Positions 63,139 to 64,000 of a DNA stretch of 64,000 bases are shown piece by piece. The position numbers were made by a program, and so were the translations under genes. The notes beneath the pieces were generated by a model. It was not told the origin of the DNA, made no database searches, and saw only the letters and a list, made by a program, of their open reading frames with translations. The stretch lies in NCBI GenBank assembly GCA_040357565.1, contig JBDODJ010000019.1. The stretch is one strand, 5' to 3'. This DNA comes from Cercozoa sp. M6MM (taxonomy: Eukaryota > Protista > Endomyxa: Ascetosporea). The stretch's first letter is position 1; the number at the start of each line of letters is the position of its first letter.

Positions 63139-64000
63139 TCACAGAGCAGCCTGCGGCGTCGACGGGCGCAATGGACGCGGCTCGGCGTGCATGAACACCT
63201 GTGCCACCAAGCCAGTTAAAGTTACGTCAAGAAACCACATCCCTGTTTTCAATCTCAATAGGACTCGTACCTCAACGATAGATCGGACGGGCGCATTGTC
63301 GAACGCGATCTTGTACACCTGCGACATGAACGGGAAGTCCGTCACAGCGTCCTGCGCCGTGAGCACCTGCATCACTTCCTGCACACCAAAACAGACACAT
63401 AGTTCAACACAACCTACAATAAAATGAGCTGAGGTGTTCAGCCAGTTGTGTAGCCAGTTTGTACCTTAGCAGTGCCTGTGCCCTGCAACTTCTGGCCCTT
63501 GAGCAAATCGGCCTCAATTTGCTGCCATGACGGCGTGGCACCTGTCAGATATTGTATTTTCAACTTCAAGTTGGCGGGTGTTTTGGTGCTGTAACATACC
63601 CTGCTTGGTCTGCTCGGCGAAAGCCATGGCACAGCGGTGGTTGCGACCGGCGAGACACGTCGTAATCAGATCGGCCATACCTGCGGATTCCCAGAACGTC
63701 TGCTCCTGACAGTTGCCTGCGTTCCCACACAAAAACAAGAGATGACAGCAAACCAAACCAGTGTCTGTTGGTACCAAGGAAGCGCTGCGCGAACTTGCGA
63801 ATCTCCGAGAAGCCGATGCGCATGAGCGAAGCGCGCGTGTTGGAGCCGAAACCAAGGCCATCAGCAAAGCCAACACCCAGGGCGACAACGTTCTTCAAGG
63901 CACCGCAGACTTCGACACCGGCCACGTCGGGCACAGCTAACAAACACAGCATATCATTTTACCAAAAATAGACTGGGTTGAGAGACAGTACCATCCACGC
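63139..64000 (-). CDS. GPD1: Glycerol-3-phosphate dehydrogenase [NAD+], 3' portion (5' end beyond the window)
   Basis: [55 protein letters not shown]. Confidence 0.95.

Overview
This is eukaryotic, intron-rich, gene-dense DNA, most consistent with a protist; I cannot assign the taxon. The six-frame ORF track is largely misleading because the genes are split by many short GT-AG introns (mostly about 50-130 nt). Splicing by eye recovers these conserved genes: a cytochrome b5-fused front-end fatty acid desaturase, a FabF/OXSM ketoacyl-ACP synthase, a GT64 (exostosin-like) glycosyltransferase, a TPR protein, AMP deaminase, condensin subunit CAP-D2 (NCAPD2), a RING-HC ligase, IMP3, TTI1, mitochondrial ATP synthase subunit g, and the 3' part of GPD1. 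The accessory content is more unusual: (i) an intact, 7-exon gene for a bacterial/phage-type tail-collar protein (41206-42222); (ii) a single-chain protein with two retropepsin-like domains; (iii) a decayed Tc1/IS630 transposase carrying about 9 spliceosomal introns; (iv) a secreted protein with about 14 CxC(D/N)xEC-type repeats, interrupted by a duplicated copy of the AMPD 3' end plus intergenic DNA; (v) a large Cys-rich type I membrane protein. Several architecture-level signals recur across the window: many introns hold sequence-unrelated minisatellites with the same ~13-bp period, TTAC(C)n tracts are strand-biased, and 5' splice sites favour GTAC over GTRAG. Exon boundaries were inferred manually, and no database searches were run.
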